In this document: piece by piece, positions 47,050-58,480 of the stretch
Numbering within the stretch: position 1 is the stretch's first letter
How the letters are laid out: every line of letters begins with the position of its first letter
From: an uncultured Syntrophomonadaceae bacterium
GTDB taxonomy: Bacteria; Bacillota; Dethiobacteria; DTU022
Length of the DNA: 64,000 nt
Reading direction: 5' to 3'
NCBI GenBank assembly: GCA_964627855.1
Contig: CAZVLE010000047.1
Coordinates: 29,929 to 93,928 of the forward strand
Program-made: the position numbers and the translations under genes
Notes under the pieces: model-generated
The model's database searches: none
Told to the model about the DNA's origin: nothing
Seen by the model: the letters and a program-made list of their open reading frames with translations, nothing else

Positions 47050-47841
47050 TCAATTAATTCGTAAAAGTGATACCGTAATTACCACAATGCCGATAGCCCA
47101 GCAATAATAAGAAAAATAATGCAGTTTTTGCCCGCTTAAGAGGCGGATAAAAACTCTGATGGCAACTATCCCGGCCAGAAAAGAAACCAGGCCGCCGATG
47201 GTATAGTTTATGAGCATTTCCCGCTCGATACCGACAGCAAAAAGATCTTTGATCTCCAAAAGCGTTGCCCCGAAAATAATGGGTGCTGACAGCATAAATG
47301 AATAGCGAACTGCAGTTTCCCGGTCCAACCCTCGCCATAATGAAGCCATTATCGTTGAACCTGACCTGGATATTCCCGGTATGATTGCTAATCCCTGCAA
47401 TAAACCGATCCAGATGGCATCCTTGGCTTTCATGGTGGTTAGATCTTTATTTCCAACTTGAATAAAGGTAATTATTTTCAGTATTGTTCCGGTTATCAGC
47501 AGCATAAATCCGACCAGTAGTGTCGATTTAAACAGTAGATCAACATAACCGCTGAATAACAAACCAAGGACAGCCGTAACCGCAGCTCCGATGATCAACA
47601 TAATCAAAAAGTACTGTTGCTGTTGATCGCGCCAAAATAAAAAGAGTTTCAGAAAATCTGCCCTGAAAACCCATATAACAGATAATAGCGTTCCAAAATG
47701 CAGTAATACTTCAAGGGTTACACCGGGTTCCTCCATTCCGAGCAAGTCCTGAAAAATCACCAGGTGACCGGAACTGCTGACCGGAAGAAATTCAGTTAAG
47801 CCCTGGATTAAGCCAAGTATGATCGCCTCAAATATACTCAT
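47050..47841 (-). CDS. uppP: Undecaprenyl-diphosphate phosphatase
   Basis: 263-aa membrane protein with LTEFLPVSSSGHL and PGISRSGSTI. Confidence 0.92.
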   Translation of the reverse strand: MSIFEAIILGLIQGLTEFLPVSSSGHLVIFQDLLGMEEPGVTLEVLLHFGTLLSVIWVFRADFLKLFLFWRDQQQQYFLIMLIIGAAVTAVLGLLFSGYVDLLFKSTLLVGFMLLITGTILKIITFIQVGNKDLTTMKAKDAIWIGLLQGLAIIPGISRSGSTIMASLWRGLDRETAVRYSFMLSAPIIFGATLLEIKDLFAVGIEREMLINYTIGGLVSFLAGIVAIRVFIRLLSGQKLHYFSYYCWAIGIVVITVSLLRIN

Positions 47842-47926
47842 CTTACGACTCCCAACCTATTTTTTTTATCATAAGGGCTGCCTTTGCAGGCAGCCCTGGA
47901 ATGGCTTTAGTTAGTGAGGTAATCGT

Positions 47927-49639
47927 TTAATCGATATCCGGGCTATCGTTTTTGCCGTTGGATGGAACATCGATGATAATTGGCATAATCATCGGTCTGC
48001 GTCCTGTCTGCTCGTAAAAGAATGAAGATGCTGAGTCTCTGACAATTGATTTTATTTTGTTCCACTCCTGAAGTTTTTCTCCTTTAATCTTTTCAACCGT
48101 TTTTAAGAGTTCTTTCCTGGCTTCTTCAAGCAAGTCAACTGATTCCCTGACATAGACGAATCCACGGGTGATTATTTCCGGTCCTGCCAGGATCCTGCTC
48201 TTAACTGGATCCAAAGCCAACACTATGATTACTATGCCGTCTTCAGACAATATCTGCCTGTCTCTGATTACGACTTCACCTACATCACCAACACCGAAAC
48301 CATCAACGAGAACCCTGCCGGCTGAAACTGAGCCGGCTATTCGTCCCCGCCCGTCCTTAAACTCCATTAAATGTCCCGGTTTTGTCAGAAATACATTCTC
48401 TGCAGCTATACCGAGCTTTTGTGCTATCTTCGAACAATAGGCTTGCTGCCTGTACTCGCCGTGCACGGGAATTAAATAGCGGGGGCGCAGAAGGTTTAAC
48501 ATTAATTTTATTTCCTCTTCACTGCCATGCCCCGATACATGAACACCGGAAATTGGGCCGTATATAACATCTGCCCCCAGTTGGAAAAGGTTATTAATCG
48601 TGCGTGAAACCAGTTTCTCATTGCCTGGGATTGGATTCGCGGCTATGATCACCGTATCGCCCGCTAAAATACCAACCTGCCGGTGCTCAGACTGAGAGAT
48701 CCTGGTCAGTGCCGACATTGGCTCTCCCTGGCTGCCCGTGGTTATCAAAACTAATTTTTGCTGATCGATTTCCTGGATTTTATCAAGGTCGACAATTAAA
48801 CTTTCCGGTATGTTCAGGTAACCAAGCTTCGTGGAAATGTCAACCGAGTTGACAATACTGCGACCGACTATAGCAATTTTTCGATCGTAGCGAATAGCCG
48901 CATCAACAACTTGCTGGATGCGATGAATATTTGAAGCAAATGTTGCAAGAATAATTCTCCGCTGTGAAAGGCGGAATATTTCATTGATACTCTCGCCAAC
49001 TTCTTTTTCAGAAAGGGTATAACCAGGTCGATCTGCGTTGGTGGAATCAATTAATGCGGCGACAACACCATTTCGGCCCAGCTCAGCAAGTTTGTAATAA
49101 TCTGTAGTTCTACCGTCAACCGGTGTTTGATCAAACTTGAAATCACTGGTATAAACTATTTTGCCTTCAGGCGTGTCGACGGCAATCCCAACTGAATCTG
49201 GGATGCTGTGATTAGTGCGGAAAAAATCTAAACTAAAGTTTTCTGAAAGCACTAAAGTTTGGTCGGGATTTAACTCATGCAGCTTGACTTCTACGGCGGG
49301 ATGCTCCATCATTTTAGCTTCGAGCAATCCCAGGGTAAGGCGCGTGCCGTAAACAGGCGCATCGAGCTCCTCAAGCAAATATGGTAGGGCCCCGATATGG
49401 TCTTCATGGCCGTGTGTCAGGATGATACCGAGAATGGTTAGTTTGTTTTCTATAACATAAGTTATATCAGGAATGACTATATCAACCCCGAGCATCGCTT
49501 CATCAGGAAATTTAAGGCCCACGTCCATAATAATACATTCGCGTCCGTATTGAAGGACAAACATATTTTTACCAATTTCACCAACACCGCCTAGCGGTAT
49601 TAGCTTCAAAACATTATTCTTTCTATTTTTTCTGGACAA
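47927..49639 (-). CDS. rnj: Ribonuclease J (beta-CASP metallo-beta-lactamase)
   Basis: LIPLGGVGEIGKNM and THGHEDHIG are present. The start is placed at TTG 49639, 6 nt after GGAGG, which removes the overlap with dut. Confidence 0.92.
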   Translation of the reverse strand: MSRKNRKNNVLKLIPLGGVGEIGKNMFVLQYGRECIIMDVGLKFPDEAMLGVDIVIPDITYVIENKLTILGIILTHGHEDHIGALPYLLEELDAPVYGTRLTLGLLEAKMMEHPAVEVKLHELNPDQTLVLSENFSLDFFRTNHSIPDSVGIAVDTPEGKIVYTSDFKFDQTPVDGRTTDYYKLAELGRNGVVAALIDSTNADRPGYTLSEKEVGESINEIFRLSQRRIILATFASNIHRIQQVVDAAIRYDRKIAIVGRSIVNSVDISTKLGYLNIPESLIVDLDKIQEIDQQKLVLITTGSQGEPMSALTRISQSEHRQVGILAGDTVIIAANPIPGNEKLVSRTINNLFQLGADVIYGPISGVHVSGHGSEEEIKLMLNLLRPRYLIPVHGEYRQQAYCSKIAQKLGIAAENVFLTKPGHLMEFKDGRGRIAGSVSAGRVLVDGFGVGDVGEVVIRDRQILSEDGIVIIVLALDPVKSRILAGPEIITRGFVYVRESVDLLEEARKELLKTVEKIKGEKLQEWNKIKSIVRDSASSFFYEQTGRRPMIMPIIIDVPSNGKNDSPDID

Positions 49640-49649
49640 GCTATACCTC

Positions 49650-50102
49650 CTATCCGGTATGTCCGAAACCGCCACTACTGCGATCAGTCGGCGGTAATTT
49701 TTCTATTTCCTCCAGGACTGCCCTGGCAACCGGGCACAAAACCATCTGGGCAATGCGCTGGTTACGCTTAACCACAAAATTACCCTGACCCAGGTTGATA
49801 AGAATTACCTTGATCTCTCCACGGTAATCAGAATCAATCGTTCCCGGTGTATTAAGGATACCAATGCCTTCTTTGACGGCCAGCCCACTGCGAGGTCTGA
49901 TCTGAAGTTCAAAGCCCGGAGGTACTGCTGCTATTAACCCCGTTGGGATCAACGCCACTTTACCAGGCTTGATAGTCAGAGGATCTTTTACCGCAGCAAA
50001 TAGATCCATTCCTGAAGATCCCTCTGTCATGTAAGCCGGAAGAGGAATGTCCCCGCTATCTTCTGTTTTCATAACCTGTACTTTTATTTCCGTGAATCCC
50101 AT
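49650..50102 (-). CDS. dut: dUTP diphosphatase
   Basis: GSSGMDL, RPRSG and GTIDSDYRGE motifs are present. Confidence 0.9.
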   Translation of the reverse strand: MGFTEIKVQVMKTEDSGDIPLPAYMTEGSSGMDLFAAVKDPLTIKPGKVALIPTGLIAAVPPGFELQIRPRSGLAVKEGIGILNTPGTIDSDYRGEIKVILINLGQGNFVVKRNQRIAQMVLCPVARAVLEEIEKLPPTDRSSGGFGHTG

Positions 50103-50165
50103 CAAGAATCTTCCATTCAGCTTGTTCTTCTTATTAAGCCCTTAGCCTGCTAGAAAATCAGCTTA

Positions 50166-52313
50166 TCATCGCCGATTGTCATTGCGCCGTGCCCTGTTCC
50201 TGTCGCTTCCTCCTCCGTCCCTGCTTACACCACCTGGTGGTTTAGGTAGCAGGGCTTTACGGGAAAGGTTTATACGCCCCTTATCGTCGATATCGAGTAC
50301 TTTTACCTCGATTTCATCGCCCAGGTTGGCGATATCTTCAGTTTTTTCAACCCGGTTATGGTCAAGGTGAGAAATATGCAACAGTCCTTCTTTACCGGGT
50401 AAAACTTCAACAAAAGCTCCGTAACGTTCTACTCTCGTGACCTTTCCGGTATAAACTTCGCCCGGTTCAACCTCCCTGACCAGGGCTTCGATCATCTCTT
50501 TAGCTTTTTTGCCCCCTTCAGGATCAACGGCGGCAATAAAGACCCGGCCATCGGGTTCAATATCAATCCCCACACCGGTCTCGTCAATGATCTTGTTAAT
50601 CATCCTGCCGCCAGGGCCGATAACGTCCCTGATTTTATCGATGGCAATCTGCATTTTGATCATTCGGGGTGCATTGGGTGAAAGCTCAGGCCTTGGCTTG
50701 TCCATTGTTTCATTCATGATCTTCAGGATGTGCCTGTAACCTGTGTCGGCACGATCCAGCGCCTCTTCAAGAATCGCTCCCGCTATACCTTTAATTTTAA
50801 TATCCATTTGCAGGGCGGTAATGCCATCCTCAGTTCCCGCTACTTTGAAGTCCATGTCGCCAAGAAAATCTTCGACACCCTGAATATCGGAAAGAATCAC
50901 AACTTTTTCGGCTTCCTTGATCAAACCCATGGCTATACCGGCAACAGCCTTCTTGACAGGAATGCCGGTATCCATCATTGCCAGTGATCCCGAACAGACA
51001 CTGGCCATAGAAGTTGAACCGTTTGATTCAAGCACTTCCGATACAAGTCTGATTGTATAGGGAAACTCATCCTCGGATGGAATAACGGGTTCAAGGGCTC
51101 TTTCTGCGAGGGCACCATGTCCTATTTCTCTTCGTCCCGGGCCACGCATAAAACCGGTTTCTCCAACGCTGTAAGGGGGAAAATTATAGTGGTGCATGAA
51201 ACGTTTCGACTCTTCCAGACCTAAGCCATCAAGCATCTGCATGTCACGCAAGGCAGACAGAGTACAAACATTCAAAACCTGGGTTTGACCACGTGTAAAT
51301 ATAGCCGAACCATGCGTCCTTGGTAATATTGATACTTCACAGCCGATCGGTCTGATCTCCTTTGCGCTTCGGCCGTCGGCACGCTTGTCATCCTCAATAA
51401 TCATCTTGCGCAGAGTTTCCTTGAGGACTTTTTCAAAAATTTTCAGGATTTCGTTTTCATCCTCGGGGTAATCAATCAAATATTTTTCGAGAATATCTTT
51501 CTTCACGGATGCAAGCCTGTCTTCACGTTCTTTCTTGTCAGCAATTTGCAGGGCTTCAGTTATCCCTTCCTGAATAGATGGTGCAGCCTTTTCTTCCAGA
51601 TCCAGCGGCAGCTCCTGTGTTGTAACTATCATTTTATCCTGGCCATGATCTCTGACCATTTGTTCCTGCAGATCGATGATCGCCTTAATAACTTCGTGGC
51701 CTGCTTCGATACACTGCAGAACATCTTCTTTGCTGACCTCATCGGCTCCGGCCTCAACCATCATGACAGCCTCTTTTGTTCCGGCCAGCATCAGGTGAAG
51801 GCTGCTTTGCTTGATTTGTTCCTGGTCGGGATTAATCACCGGTCTGCCGTCGATCAACCCGACAATTACAGCAGCGACAGGACCATCAAAAGGAATTTTT
51901 GAGATGGAAAGTGCTGCGGAGGCGCCGATAATGGAAAGGGTTTCAGGCGGGCAGTCCTGATCCATTGAAAGGATTGTTGAAACGATATGGACTGAATTGT
52001 GAAATCCCTTCGGAAAAAGGGGGCGTAATGACCTGTCGGTTAGGCGACAACCAAGGATTGCTCTTTCCGTCGGTCGCCCCTCTCTCTTGATAAAGCCGCC
52101 GGGAATTCTTCCTACAGCGTACAAACGTTCTTCATAATCTACGGTCATGGGGAAAAAATCAATGCCTTCCCGCGGTTCATCAGAGACAGTAGCTGTCACT
52201 AGGACCATAGTATCTCCATAACGCAACAAAACAGCGCCACTTGCCTGTTTTGCTAATCTACCTGTTTCCATGTTCAGGGTTCTGCCTTGCAAATTCATGT
52301 CATAGGATTGCAT
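50166..52313 (-). CDS. pnp: Polyribonucleotide nucleotidyltransferase (PNPase)
   Basis: 715 aa with two RNase PH domains, a KH domain ([11 protein letters not shown]) and an S1 domain ([17 protein letters not shown]). Confidence 0.96.
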   Translation of the reverse strand: MQSYDMNLQGRTLNMETGRLAKQASGAVLLRYGDTMVLVTATVSDEPREGIDFFPMTVDYEERLYAVGRIPGGFIKREGRPTERAILGCRLTDRSLRPLFPKGFHNSVHIVSTILSMDQDCPPETLSIIGASAALSISKIPFDGPVAAVIVGLIDGRPVINPDQEQIKQSSLHLMLAGTKEAVMMVEAGADEVSKEDVLQCIEAGHEVIKAIIDLQEQMVRDHGQDKMIVTTQELPLDLEEKAAPSIQEGITEALQIADKKEREDRLASVKKDILEKYLIDYPEDENEILKIFEKVLKETLRKMIIEDDKRADGRSAKEIRPIGCEVSILPRTHGSAIFTRGQTQVLNVCTLSALRDMQMLDGLGLEESKRFMHHYNFPPYSVGETGFMRGPGRREIGHGALAERALEPVIPSEDEFPYTIRLVSEVLESNGSTSMASVCSGSLAMMDTGIPVKKAVAGIAMGLIKEAEKVVILSDIQGVEDFLGDMDFKVAGTEDGITALQMDIKIKGIAGAILEEALDRADTGYRHILKIMNETMDKPRPELSPNAPRMIKMQIAIDKIRDVIGPGGRMINKIIDETGVGIDIEPDGRVFIAAVDPEGGKKAKEMIEALVREVEPGEVYTGKVTRVERYGAFVEVLPGKEGLLHISHLDHNRVEKTEDIANLGDEIEVKVLDIDDKGRINLSRKALLPKPPGGVSRDGGGSDRNRARRNDNRR

Positions 52314-52355
52314 AAACCAATTACTCCTCTCAAATGCTCATGTTAATCTAACCAT

Positions 52356-52381
52356 AAACACGGGGGCAAGCCCCCGTGTTT
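52356..52381 (-). terminator. rpsO-pnp intergenic hairpin (terminator or processing site)
   Basis: AAACACGGGGGC (52356-52367) pairs with GCCCCCGTGTTT (52370-52381), just downstream of the rpsO stop. Confidence 0.55.
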
Positions 52382-52394
52382 AATCTGCCTTGTT

Positions 52395-52661
52395 TTATTT
52401 TCTCAGGCCCAGTTTACTCAAAATGGCCTGATAACGTTCAGGCGAGCGATCTCGCAGGTAATTTAATAAACCCCTTCGCCGGCCGACCATTTTTAAAAGA
52501 CCGCGTTGCGAGTGATGATCCTTTTTGTGAATTTTCAGATGTTCGGTAAGGTAATTGATCCTTTCTGTTAGCAATGCAATCTGCACTTCAGGTGAGCCTG
52601 TGTCACCTTCATGCCTTTTGTGAAGATCAATTATCTCAAGCTTACGTTCTTGATTCAACAT
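52395..52661 (-). CDS. rpsO: 30S ribosomal protein S15
   Basis: 88 aa with [31 protein letters not shown]. Confidence 0.96.
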   Translation of the reverse strand: MLNQERKLEIIDLHKRHEGDTGSPEVQIALLTERINYLTEHLKIHKKDHHSQRGLLKMVGRRRGLLNYLRDRSPERYQAILSKLGLRK

Positions 52662-52744
52662 TAACTAAACTACCTCCCTTTTATTAAGCGCCGCAAGCCA
52701 AGAATAACGTCGGGATTATCGTTATACCTAGCCTCCGGTTCAAA

Positions 52745-53740
52745 CTATTGAGATCTTAGCACAGAACAACCTGCTTGTAAAGAATAGCTATTACCTTTAA
52801 TTTCCTGAAGGAAAGCCGGAACCAAAGCCTGACCCTGTTCAATATCCTTGCTGATCTGTTCTTTAAGTCGGGCCGGATCAGAGAAGGTTCTGGTGTCGCG
52901 AAGTTTCTCTAAAAAGCAGAGTCTGATTTCATGTTGATAAAGGATTCCGTCAAAATTGATAATATGCGTTTCTACGGACGGCTCATACCTGGCAAAAGTG
53001 GGCCGGGAACCGACATTGGTTACCCCAAATTTATAGGCCTCCCCCACATTACCAACAGCGGTTAAATAAACCCCTTTGCCGGGCCAGAGCAGGTTTGGAT
53101 TGGCAATAACATTTGCCGTCGGGTAAACCAGCTTTTTACCGATACCATAACCTCTGACAACTTTTCCCTGCCGATAGAAATAATAATTCAGGTAGCCGGA
53201 GGCCTCCCTGACCGCTCCAGACAATAGCAGCGATCTGATCAGGGAACTGCTTACCTCCTTACCCCGATAACTGAGCAGTGGAATCACATCAACACTAAAG
53301 CCAAATTGCCTGCCCCAATAACACAGGGTATCTGCGCTTCCGGCACCCTGCCTGCCAAACTGGTAATTTCCGCCTATAAAAACCCCTCTAACCGAAAGTG
53401 TTTCTACTAAAATATCTTTTACAAACTGTTCCGGTGTAAACGAAGCGAACTGTTCTGTAAAGGGTTCAACAATCAAGTAATCAAGGCCTAGTTCTGACAT
53501 TATCTCGGAACGGTCTGCGATATCAGTCAGCAGGCCCAGAGGTTTATCCTTGCCCAGGGCTATAACCGGATGGGGGTTTAAGATTAGAACGGCGCTGGAG
53601 CCATTAAGTCTCTTCGCCCTGTCGATAAGAGCTTTCAAGATTACCTGATGTCCACGGTGCACTCCGTCAAAATTCCCCAGTGCAACAAATAAAGGCTTTT
53701 TTACTGCCGGCAGGCGGTTCGCACCATTGATTATTTGCAT
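52745..53740 (-). CDS. ribF: Bifunctional riboflavin kinase / FAD synthetase
   Basis: GNFDGVHRGH in the N-domain and a C-terminal riboflavin kinase domain (PTANV, GVTNVGSRPTF). Confidence 0.92.
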   Translation of the reverse strand: MQIINGANRLPAVKKPLFVALGNFDGVHRGHQVILKALIDRAKRLNGSSAVLILNPHPVIALGKDKPLGLLTDIADRSEIMSELGLDYLIVEPFTEQFASFTPEQFVKDILVETLSVRGVFIGGNYQFGRQGAGSADTLCYWGRQFGFSVDVIPLLSYRGKEVSSSLIRSLLLSGAVREASGYLNYYFYRQGKVVRGYGIGKKLVYPTANVIANPNLLWPGKGVYLTAVGNVGEAYKFGVTNVGSRPTFARYEPSVETHIINFDGILYQHEIRLCFLEKLRDTRTFSDPARLKEQISKDIEQGQALVPAFLQEIKGNSYSLQAGCSVLRSQ

Positions 53741-54663
53741 TAACTATCACCCAGGTATTTAATAGTTTTAAGACCTTTTCTGTTTTCCAACTCTGCCAGT
53801 CCGCCAAGGACTTTAAACCTTCCCTGCTGATCATAAATAGTAATCAACTTACTGTCAGACAGAGAGTTTAATAAGTCTTTATCATCAATGTCAACAACCT
53901 GTCCTTTTTTTAAAGCAGCTATTAGCGTATCTGGCAGCGTAATCCTCGGATAATGCTGCAGGGCGCTATCGGTGTTGTGAAGGAATGGTTGGTAACTATT
54001 TGGGCCGGCGAGATCTGCTATTTCCTCAACTTTGTATGCACCCTCAATCGAATAAGGACCGACTACAGTCCTGGTCAGATCTGAAAGGTGTGCACCACAG
54101 CCGATTGCTTTGCCGATATCAGCAGCAAGAGTGCGAATATAGGTTCCCTTTGAACACCCTATTTCCAGCACCAGGTGAGGTTTATTTTGCAAGTTGAAAT
54201 TTATTAATTTTATCCAGTAGATATGTGCCGTTCTGACCCTGGGGGGCACTTCTACTCCCTGGCGGGTCCAATAGTAAAACGGTTTTCCTTTATGCTTAAC
54301 AGCCGAGTAGAGTGGTGCTAGCTGCTCGATTTTTCCGGTAAATTTTTTGAGAATAGCTTCGACATCTTCGGTATACAGAGACGGGATAGTTTTAGTTTGA
54401 ATAATTTCCCCGGTGGCATCTTCAGTATCAGTCGTAATGCCGAGAACAATTCCCGCCCGATAAGTTTTAGGCAATTCCGTAATATACTCTGCAACTCGTG
54501 TTGCCTTTCCGAGGCAAATCGGTAAGACCCCTTCGGCCATTGGATCAAGGGTCCCTGAATGCCCTACCTTGATACCCGGAAAGATTTTTCTGATCATCTC
54601 AACTACCCTGTGCGAGGAAATGCCGGAAGGTTTATTGATAATGATAATTCCGTTCACTACCAT
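53740..54663 (-). CDS. truB: tRNA pseudouridine-55 synthase
   Basis: MVVNGIIIINKPSGISSH and GHSGTLDPMAEG (catalytic Asp). The start is placed at ATG 54663. Confidence 0.92.
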   Translation of the reverse strand: MVVNGIIIINKPSGISSHRVVEMIRKIFPGIKVGHSGTLDPMAEGVLPICLGKATRVAEYITELPKTYRAGIVLGITTDTEDATGEIIQTKTIPSLYTEDVEAILKKFTGKIEQLAPLYSAVKHKGKPFYYWTRQGVEVPPRVRTAHIYWIKLINFNLQNKPHLVLEIGCSKGTYIRTLAADIGKAIGCGAHLSDLTRTVVGPYSIEGAYKVEEIADLAGPNSYQPFLHNTDSALQHYPRITLPDTLIAALKKGQVVDIDDKDLLNSLSDSKLITIYDQQGRFKVLGGLAELENRKGLKTIKYLGDS

Positions 54664-54683
54664 GCTCTCACTACCATCCTCCT

Positions 54684-55655
54684 TCAATCCGGCAAATCTC
54701 TGAGCATACTTATTGCTTCTCTCATCACTCGCTCTTTTACATTCTGAAAATCACCTTTCAGGCGACACCCTGCAGCACGGGCATGACCACCACCATTAAG
54801 CTTTCCAGCTAAAACACTGACGTCTAGCGCCCTTGATCGAAAGCCCACCTTAACTTCCGCATTGTTTTCAACATAAAAAAGGATGCCAAGCTCGATCCCC
54901 TCGATATTACGGGTATAATTGACAATACCGTCAAGATCGTCGCTGGAAGCTCCGCTGCGTTGCCTGATATCTTTGCTGAGAGTCATAACAGCGATCTTGC
55001 GACTTTCATATAATTCAAGCGTCGATAAGGCTATTTTAAGGATGATATAAAAGGGAAGAGGACGTTCGTCGAACATGATCTGGGACAGTGTTCCTGGACT
55101 TAACCCGAACTCCAGCAAGTGGGCGATAACCCTATGGGTCCTCGAGGTAGTGTTATCGTATTTGAAAGAACCTGTATCTGTTGCAATTGCCACATATAAC
55201 GATCTTGCCACGCTTTCGTTTAAGTTATGGCCAAGATCCAAAAGTAAATGGTAAATAATTTCACCGGTTGCAGCAGCCTTTGCATCAACAAGATTAAGGG
55301 TTCCATATCCCTGGTTGGTTACATGGTGGTCAATATTAACAATCAACCTGCTATTTAAAACTGCATCTTTAAAAATACCGAGCCTTTCAATATCACTGCT
55401 GTCTAGAATAATAACCGGAATATCAGGATTATCGATCAGAACTTCATTTTTGACTGTCTCAGAGCCGGATAAAAAGTTATATTTTTGAGGAATGCGCCCG
55501 GGGGTAAAAAGAGTTACATCCTTACCCATCTCCCGCAAAACCTCGCCAAGGGCTAAAAGTGAACCAACACTATCACCATCAGGAAGCATATGAGAGATAA
55601 GGTAGAATGCCTTCTCTTGCTGGATTAACTCAATTATCTTCGCCCGTTCGCTCAT
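54684..55655 (-). CDS. nrnA: DHH-family phosphoesterase (NrnA-like oligoribonuclease/pAp phosphatase)
   Basis: DGDSVGS, NIDHHVTN and a DHHA1 region containing GGGH. Confidence 0.85.
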   Translation of the reverse strand: MSERAKIIELIQQEKAFYLISHMLPDGDSVGSLLALGEVLREMGKDVTLFTPGRIPQKYNFLSGSETVKNEVLIDNPDIPVIILDSSDIERLGIFKDAVLNSRLIVNIDHHVTNQGYGTLNLVDAKAAATGEIIYHLLLDLGHNLNESVARSLYVAIATDTGSFKYDNTTSRTHRVIAHLLEFGLSPGTLSQIMFDERPLPFYIILKIALSTLELYESRKIAVMTLSKDIRQRSGASSDDLDGIVNYTRNIEGIELGILFYVENNAEVKVGFRSRALDVSVLAGKLNGGGHARAAGCRLKGDFQNVKERVMREAISMLRDLPD

Positions 55656-56013
55656 TATTATCTATCTCTTCTTTTTTCAATGATTTGATTACATCTTCAA
55701 TATGGGCACCGTATTCGATCGATTTATCCAGGAAGAAGTTAATTTCTGGAGTATAGCGTAACCTTACTCTCCGGCCAACTTCACTACGTATAAACCCTGT
55801 AGCCCTGATCAGGGTTTGCAATGTTTCATCTTTTTCCGTTTCGCTGCCGTAGATACTGACGTAAATTGAGGCATAACGCAAATCTTTGGTTAACTTAACT
55901 TCGGTAACACTGGTTATACCGGCAACCCGGGGGTCCTTAATATCCGAGTTGATAATAGAGCTCACATCTTTTTTTATTTGTTCGGCTACTCTGCGTACCC
56001 TGTTTTCCGACAT
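55630..56013 (-). CDS. rbfA: Ribosome-binding factor A
   Basis: RVRRVAEQIKKDVSSII..DIKDPR..ITSVTEVKLTKDLRYA. Confidence 0.92.
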   Translation of the reverse strand: MSENRVRRVAEQIKKDVSSIINSDIKDPRVAGITSVTEVKLTKDLRYASIYVSIYGSETEKDETLQTLIRATGFIRSEVGRRVRLRYTPEINFFLDKSIEYGAHIEDVIKSLKKEEIDNNERTGEDN

Positions 56014-56063
56014 TTTATGAACCTCCTATGGCCCACCCAGTCGGTTATTTCCTCTTAACCACT

Positions 56064-58160
56064 TTAACGGGCCACCTGTTCCATCATATAAGCTTCGATA
56101 ATATCTCCCTCATGAAGATCATTGAAGTTTTCCAGGAGTATTCCACATTCAAACCCTGTCAATACTTCCCTGACATCATCTTTAAAACGTTTCAGGGAAT
56201 CTATCCGGCCATTATCAAGGATTACTGTGCCATCTCTGATTACCCTGACCAAGGCATTGCGAGTCATTTTACCTTCCAGCACGTATGAGCCGGCAATATT
56301 GCCCAGACGTGACACCTTGAATAGCTGTCTTACTTCTGCCTGCCCCAGGATAACCTCTTTCATCACCGGTTTAAGCAACCCGGTGACAGCAGCCTTAATA
56401 TCTTCAATTATCTCGTATATGATCCTGTAAAGCCTTATATCAACCCGATCCTGCTCGGCAAGTTTGCGGGCATTACTATCAGGTCGAACATTAAAGCCTA
56501 TTACAATGGCATTTGACGCTGAAGCAAGCATGACATCAGATTCATTTATAGCGCCAACACCGGTATGAATAATTTTGATCTGGACTTCCTCAAGGCTTAA
56601 CTTGAATAAAGCATCCTGTAGAGCTTCAACAGAGCCGTGCACATCAGCTTTAAGAATCAGGTTGAGATCTTTGACTTCACCTTCCTGGATCTGCTTAAAC
56701 AGGTCATCAAGGGTAACACGCTGTATTCTTCTGCTCGCTTCTTTGATCTTTGTAGCCCTTTTCTCGGCAACCTGTCTGGCTATACGATCATCGCTGACAA
56801 CCTGAAAAAGATCTCCGGCCATGGGAACATCATTCAGGCCAAGTAGTTCTACAGGAGTTGACGGTCCTGCTTCCTCTATTCTCTCTCCACGGTCATTGAT
56901 CATAGCCCTAACTTTGCCGGCTGTCGAACCGCAGATTACCGAATCACCCACTCGCAATGTACCATCCTGAACCAGGATGGTGGCAACCGGACCACGACCC
57001 TTGTCCAGTTTTGCTTCAATTACGGAACCGCGTCCGTAACGGTCCGGGCTTGCTTTTAACTCACCAACTTCAGCTAGGAGCAGAATCATTTCCAAAAGTT
57101 CTTCAATACCGTCGCCTTTGATGGCGCTTACAGGCACAAAGATAGTGTCACCGCCCCATTCCTCAGATACCAGGCCTTGTTCAGAAAGCTGTTGCTTGAC
57201 ACGATCCGGATTGGCATCTGGTTTGTCAATTTTGTTAATAGCGACAAGGATCGGAACCTGGGCGGCCTTGGCATGGTTAATTGCTTCGACAGTCTGGGGC
57301 ATAACACCATCATCTGCAGCAACCACCAGAATAGCAATGTCTGTAACCTGTGCACCACGTGCCCGCATTGCAGTAAATGCTTCATGGCCCGGTGTATCCA
57401 GAAAGACTATTTTTTTATCATTTACATCAACCTGGTAAGCCCCAATATGCTGGGTTATTCCACCAAATTCACCGTCGCAGACTTTAGCATTTCTAATTGT
57501 ATCCAGTAGCGAAGTTTTACCGTGATCGACATGGCCTAGCACGGTGACAACGGGTTTGCGTAATATCTCTGTTTTATCGACATCATCCTTTAAGGCCAGC
57601 AATTCTTCTTCAAAAGGATCCTCTATATACTCAATATCATATCCATATTCTTCTGACAGCAATTCAACATCATCAGGCGTCAGGGGTTGGTTAATATTGG
57701 CCATTACGCCCATTTCCATCAGGTAGGTGATCATCTGGGCTGGTTCCGCCTGAAAATGGCCCGCAAGTTCAGCGATAGTAACCTGACCTTCAAGCCTCAA
57801 TTTAGGTCTTTGCGCTTTTAAAGCCGCAGCTCTCTTATCTTCCTGTATTGCTTTGCGCTCCTTGCGACCGGGGGCTGCTTTTTCTTCGATCTTATTTCTA
57901 TCTTTTTTCTTTGTAGTTGTAGTTTTTGTGGCAACTTCAGCTTGATCGATTGGCTTTTTAGCTGCCTCTTTCTCCGGTTCCCTGGGTGGCTTCCCTCCCG
58001 CCTGACCGGTTAAAATTGCCATTACTCTTTTTGCCTCATCGTCAGTTAAAGTGCTCATATGGTTATTAACGCTAATATCCATACTTTCCATAACCTCAAT
58101 GAGCTTTTTGCTGGTTGTTCCCAGCTCTTTTGCCAGTTCGTAAACTCTTACCTTGCTCAT
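56064..58160 (-). CDS. infB: Translation initiation factor IF-2
   Basis: G-domain [20 protein letters not shown] and NKID. Confidence 0.96.
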   Translation of the reverse strand: MSKVRVYELAKELGTTSKKLIEVMESMDISVNNHMSTLTDDEAKRVMAILTGQAGGKPPREPEKEAAKKPIDQAEVATKTTTTKKKDRNKIEEKAAPGRKERKAIQEDKRAAALKAQRPKLRLEGQVTIAELAGHFQAEPAQMITYLMEMGVMANINQPLTPDDVELLSEEYGYDIEYIEDPFEEELLALKDDVDKTEILRKPVVTVLGHVDHGKTSLLDTIRNAKVCDGEFGGITQHIGAYQVDVNDKKIVFLDTPGHEAFTAMRARGAQVTDIAILVVAADDGVMPQTVEAINHAKAAQVPILVAINKIDKPDANPDRVKQQLSEQGLVSEEWGGDTIFVPVSAIKGDGIEELLEMILLLAEVGELKASPDRYGRGSVIEAKLDKGRGPVATILVQDGTLRVGDSVICGSTAGKVRAMINDRGERIEEAGPSTPVELLGLNDVPMAGDLFQVVSDDRIARQVAEKRATKIKEASRRIQRVTLDDLFKQIQEGEVKDLNLILKADVHGSVEALQDALFKLSLEEVQIKIIHTGVGAINESDVMLASASNAIVIGFNVRPDSNARKLAEQDRVDIRLYRIIYEIIEDIKAAVTGLLKPVMKEVILGQAEVRQLFKVSRLGNIAGSYVLEGKMTRNALVRVIRDGTVILDNGRIDSLKRFKDDVREVLTGFECGILLENFNDLHEGDIIEAYMMEQVAR

Positions 58161-58195
58161 TTACTACACCTCCATAAGGAAAACCCTCCCTATTA

Positions 58196-58480
58196 TTATC
58201 TATCCTCTGCAAAATTTTCCGCAAGCAAAACGGAAACCTGTTCAATTAACTCCGGCGACACCTTTATTTGCAGGTGTTTTTCCAGTCTTTTCCCTTTTAC
58301 AGCACTTTTAAGACAGCCCTGCGACGGACAGATGTAAGCTCCCCTTCCTGGTTTCTTTCCGGTCAGATCAAGCGCTGTCTCTCCATCAGGGGTTCTTACA
58401 ATTCTGACCAATTCTTTTTTGGGCTTTCTTTCCTGGCAACCTACACAGATGCGTAAGGGTATTTTACGCTTTCTGTTCAT
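58196..58480 (-). CDS. ylxR: YlxR-family (DUF448) RNA-binding protein
   Basis: RKIPLRICVGCQERKPKKELVRIV and GRGAYIC are present. ATG 58480 overlaps the nusA stop. No L7Ae/ylxQ gene lies between it and infB. Confidence 0.8.
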   Translation of the reverse strand: MNRKRKIPLRICVGCQERKPKKELVRIVRTPDGETALDLTGKKPGRGAYICPSQGCLKSAVKGKRLEKHLQIKVSPELIEQVSVLLAENFAEDR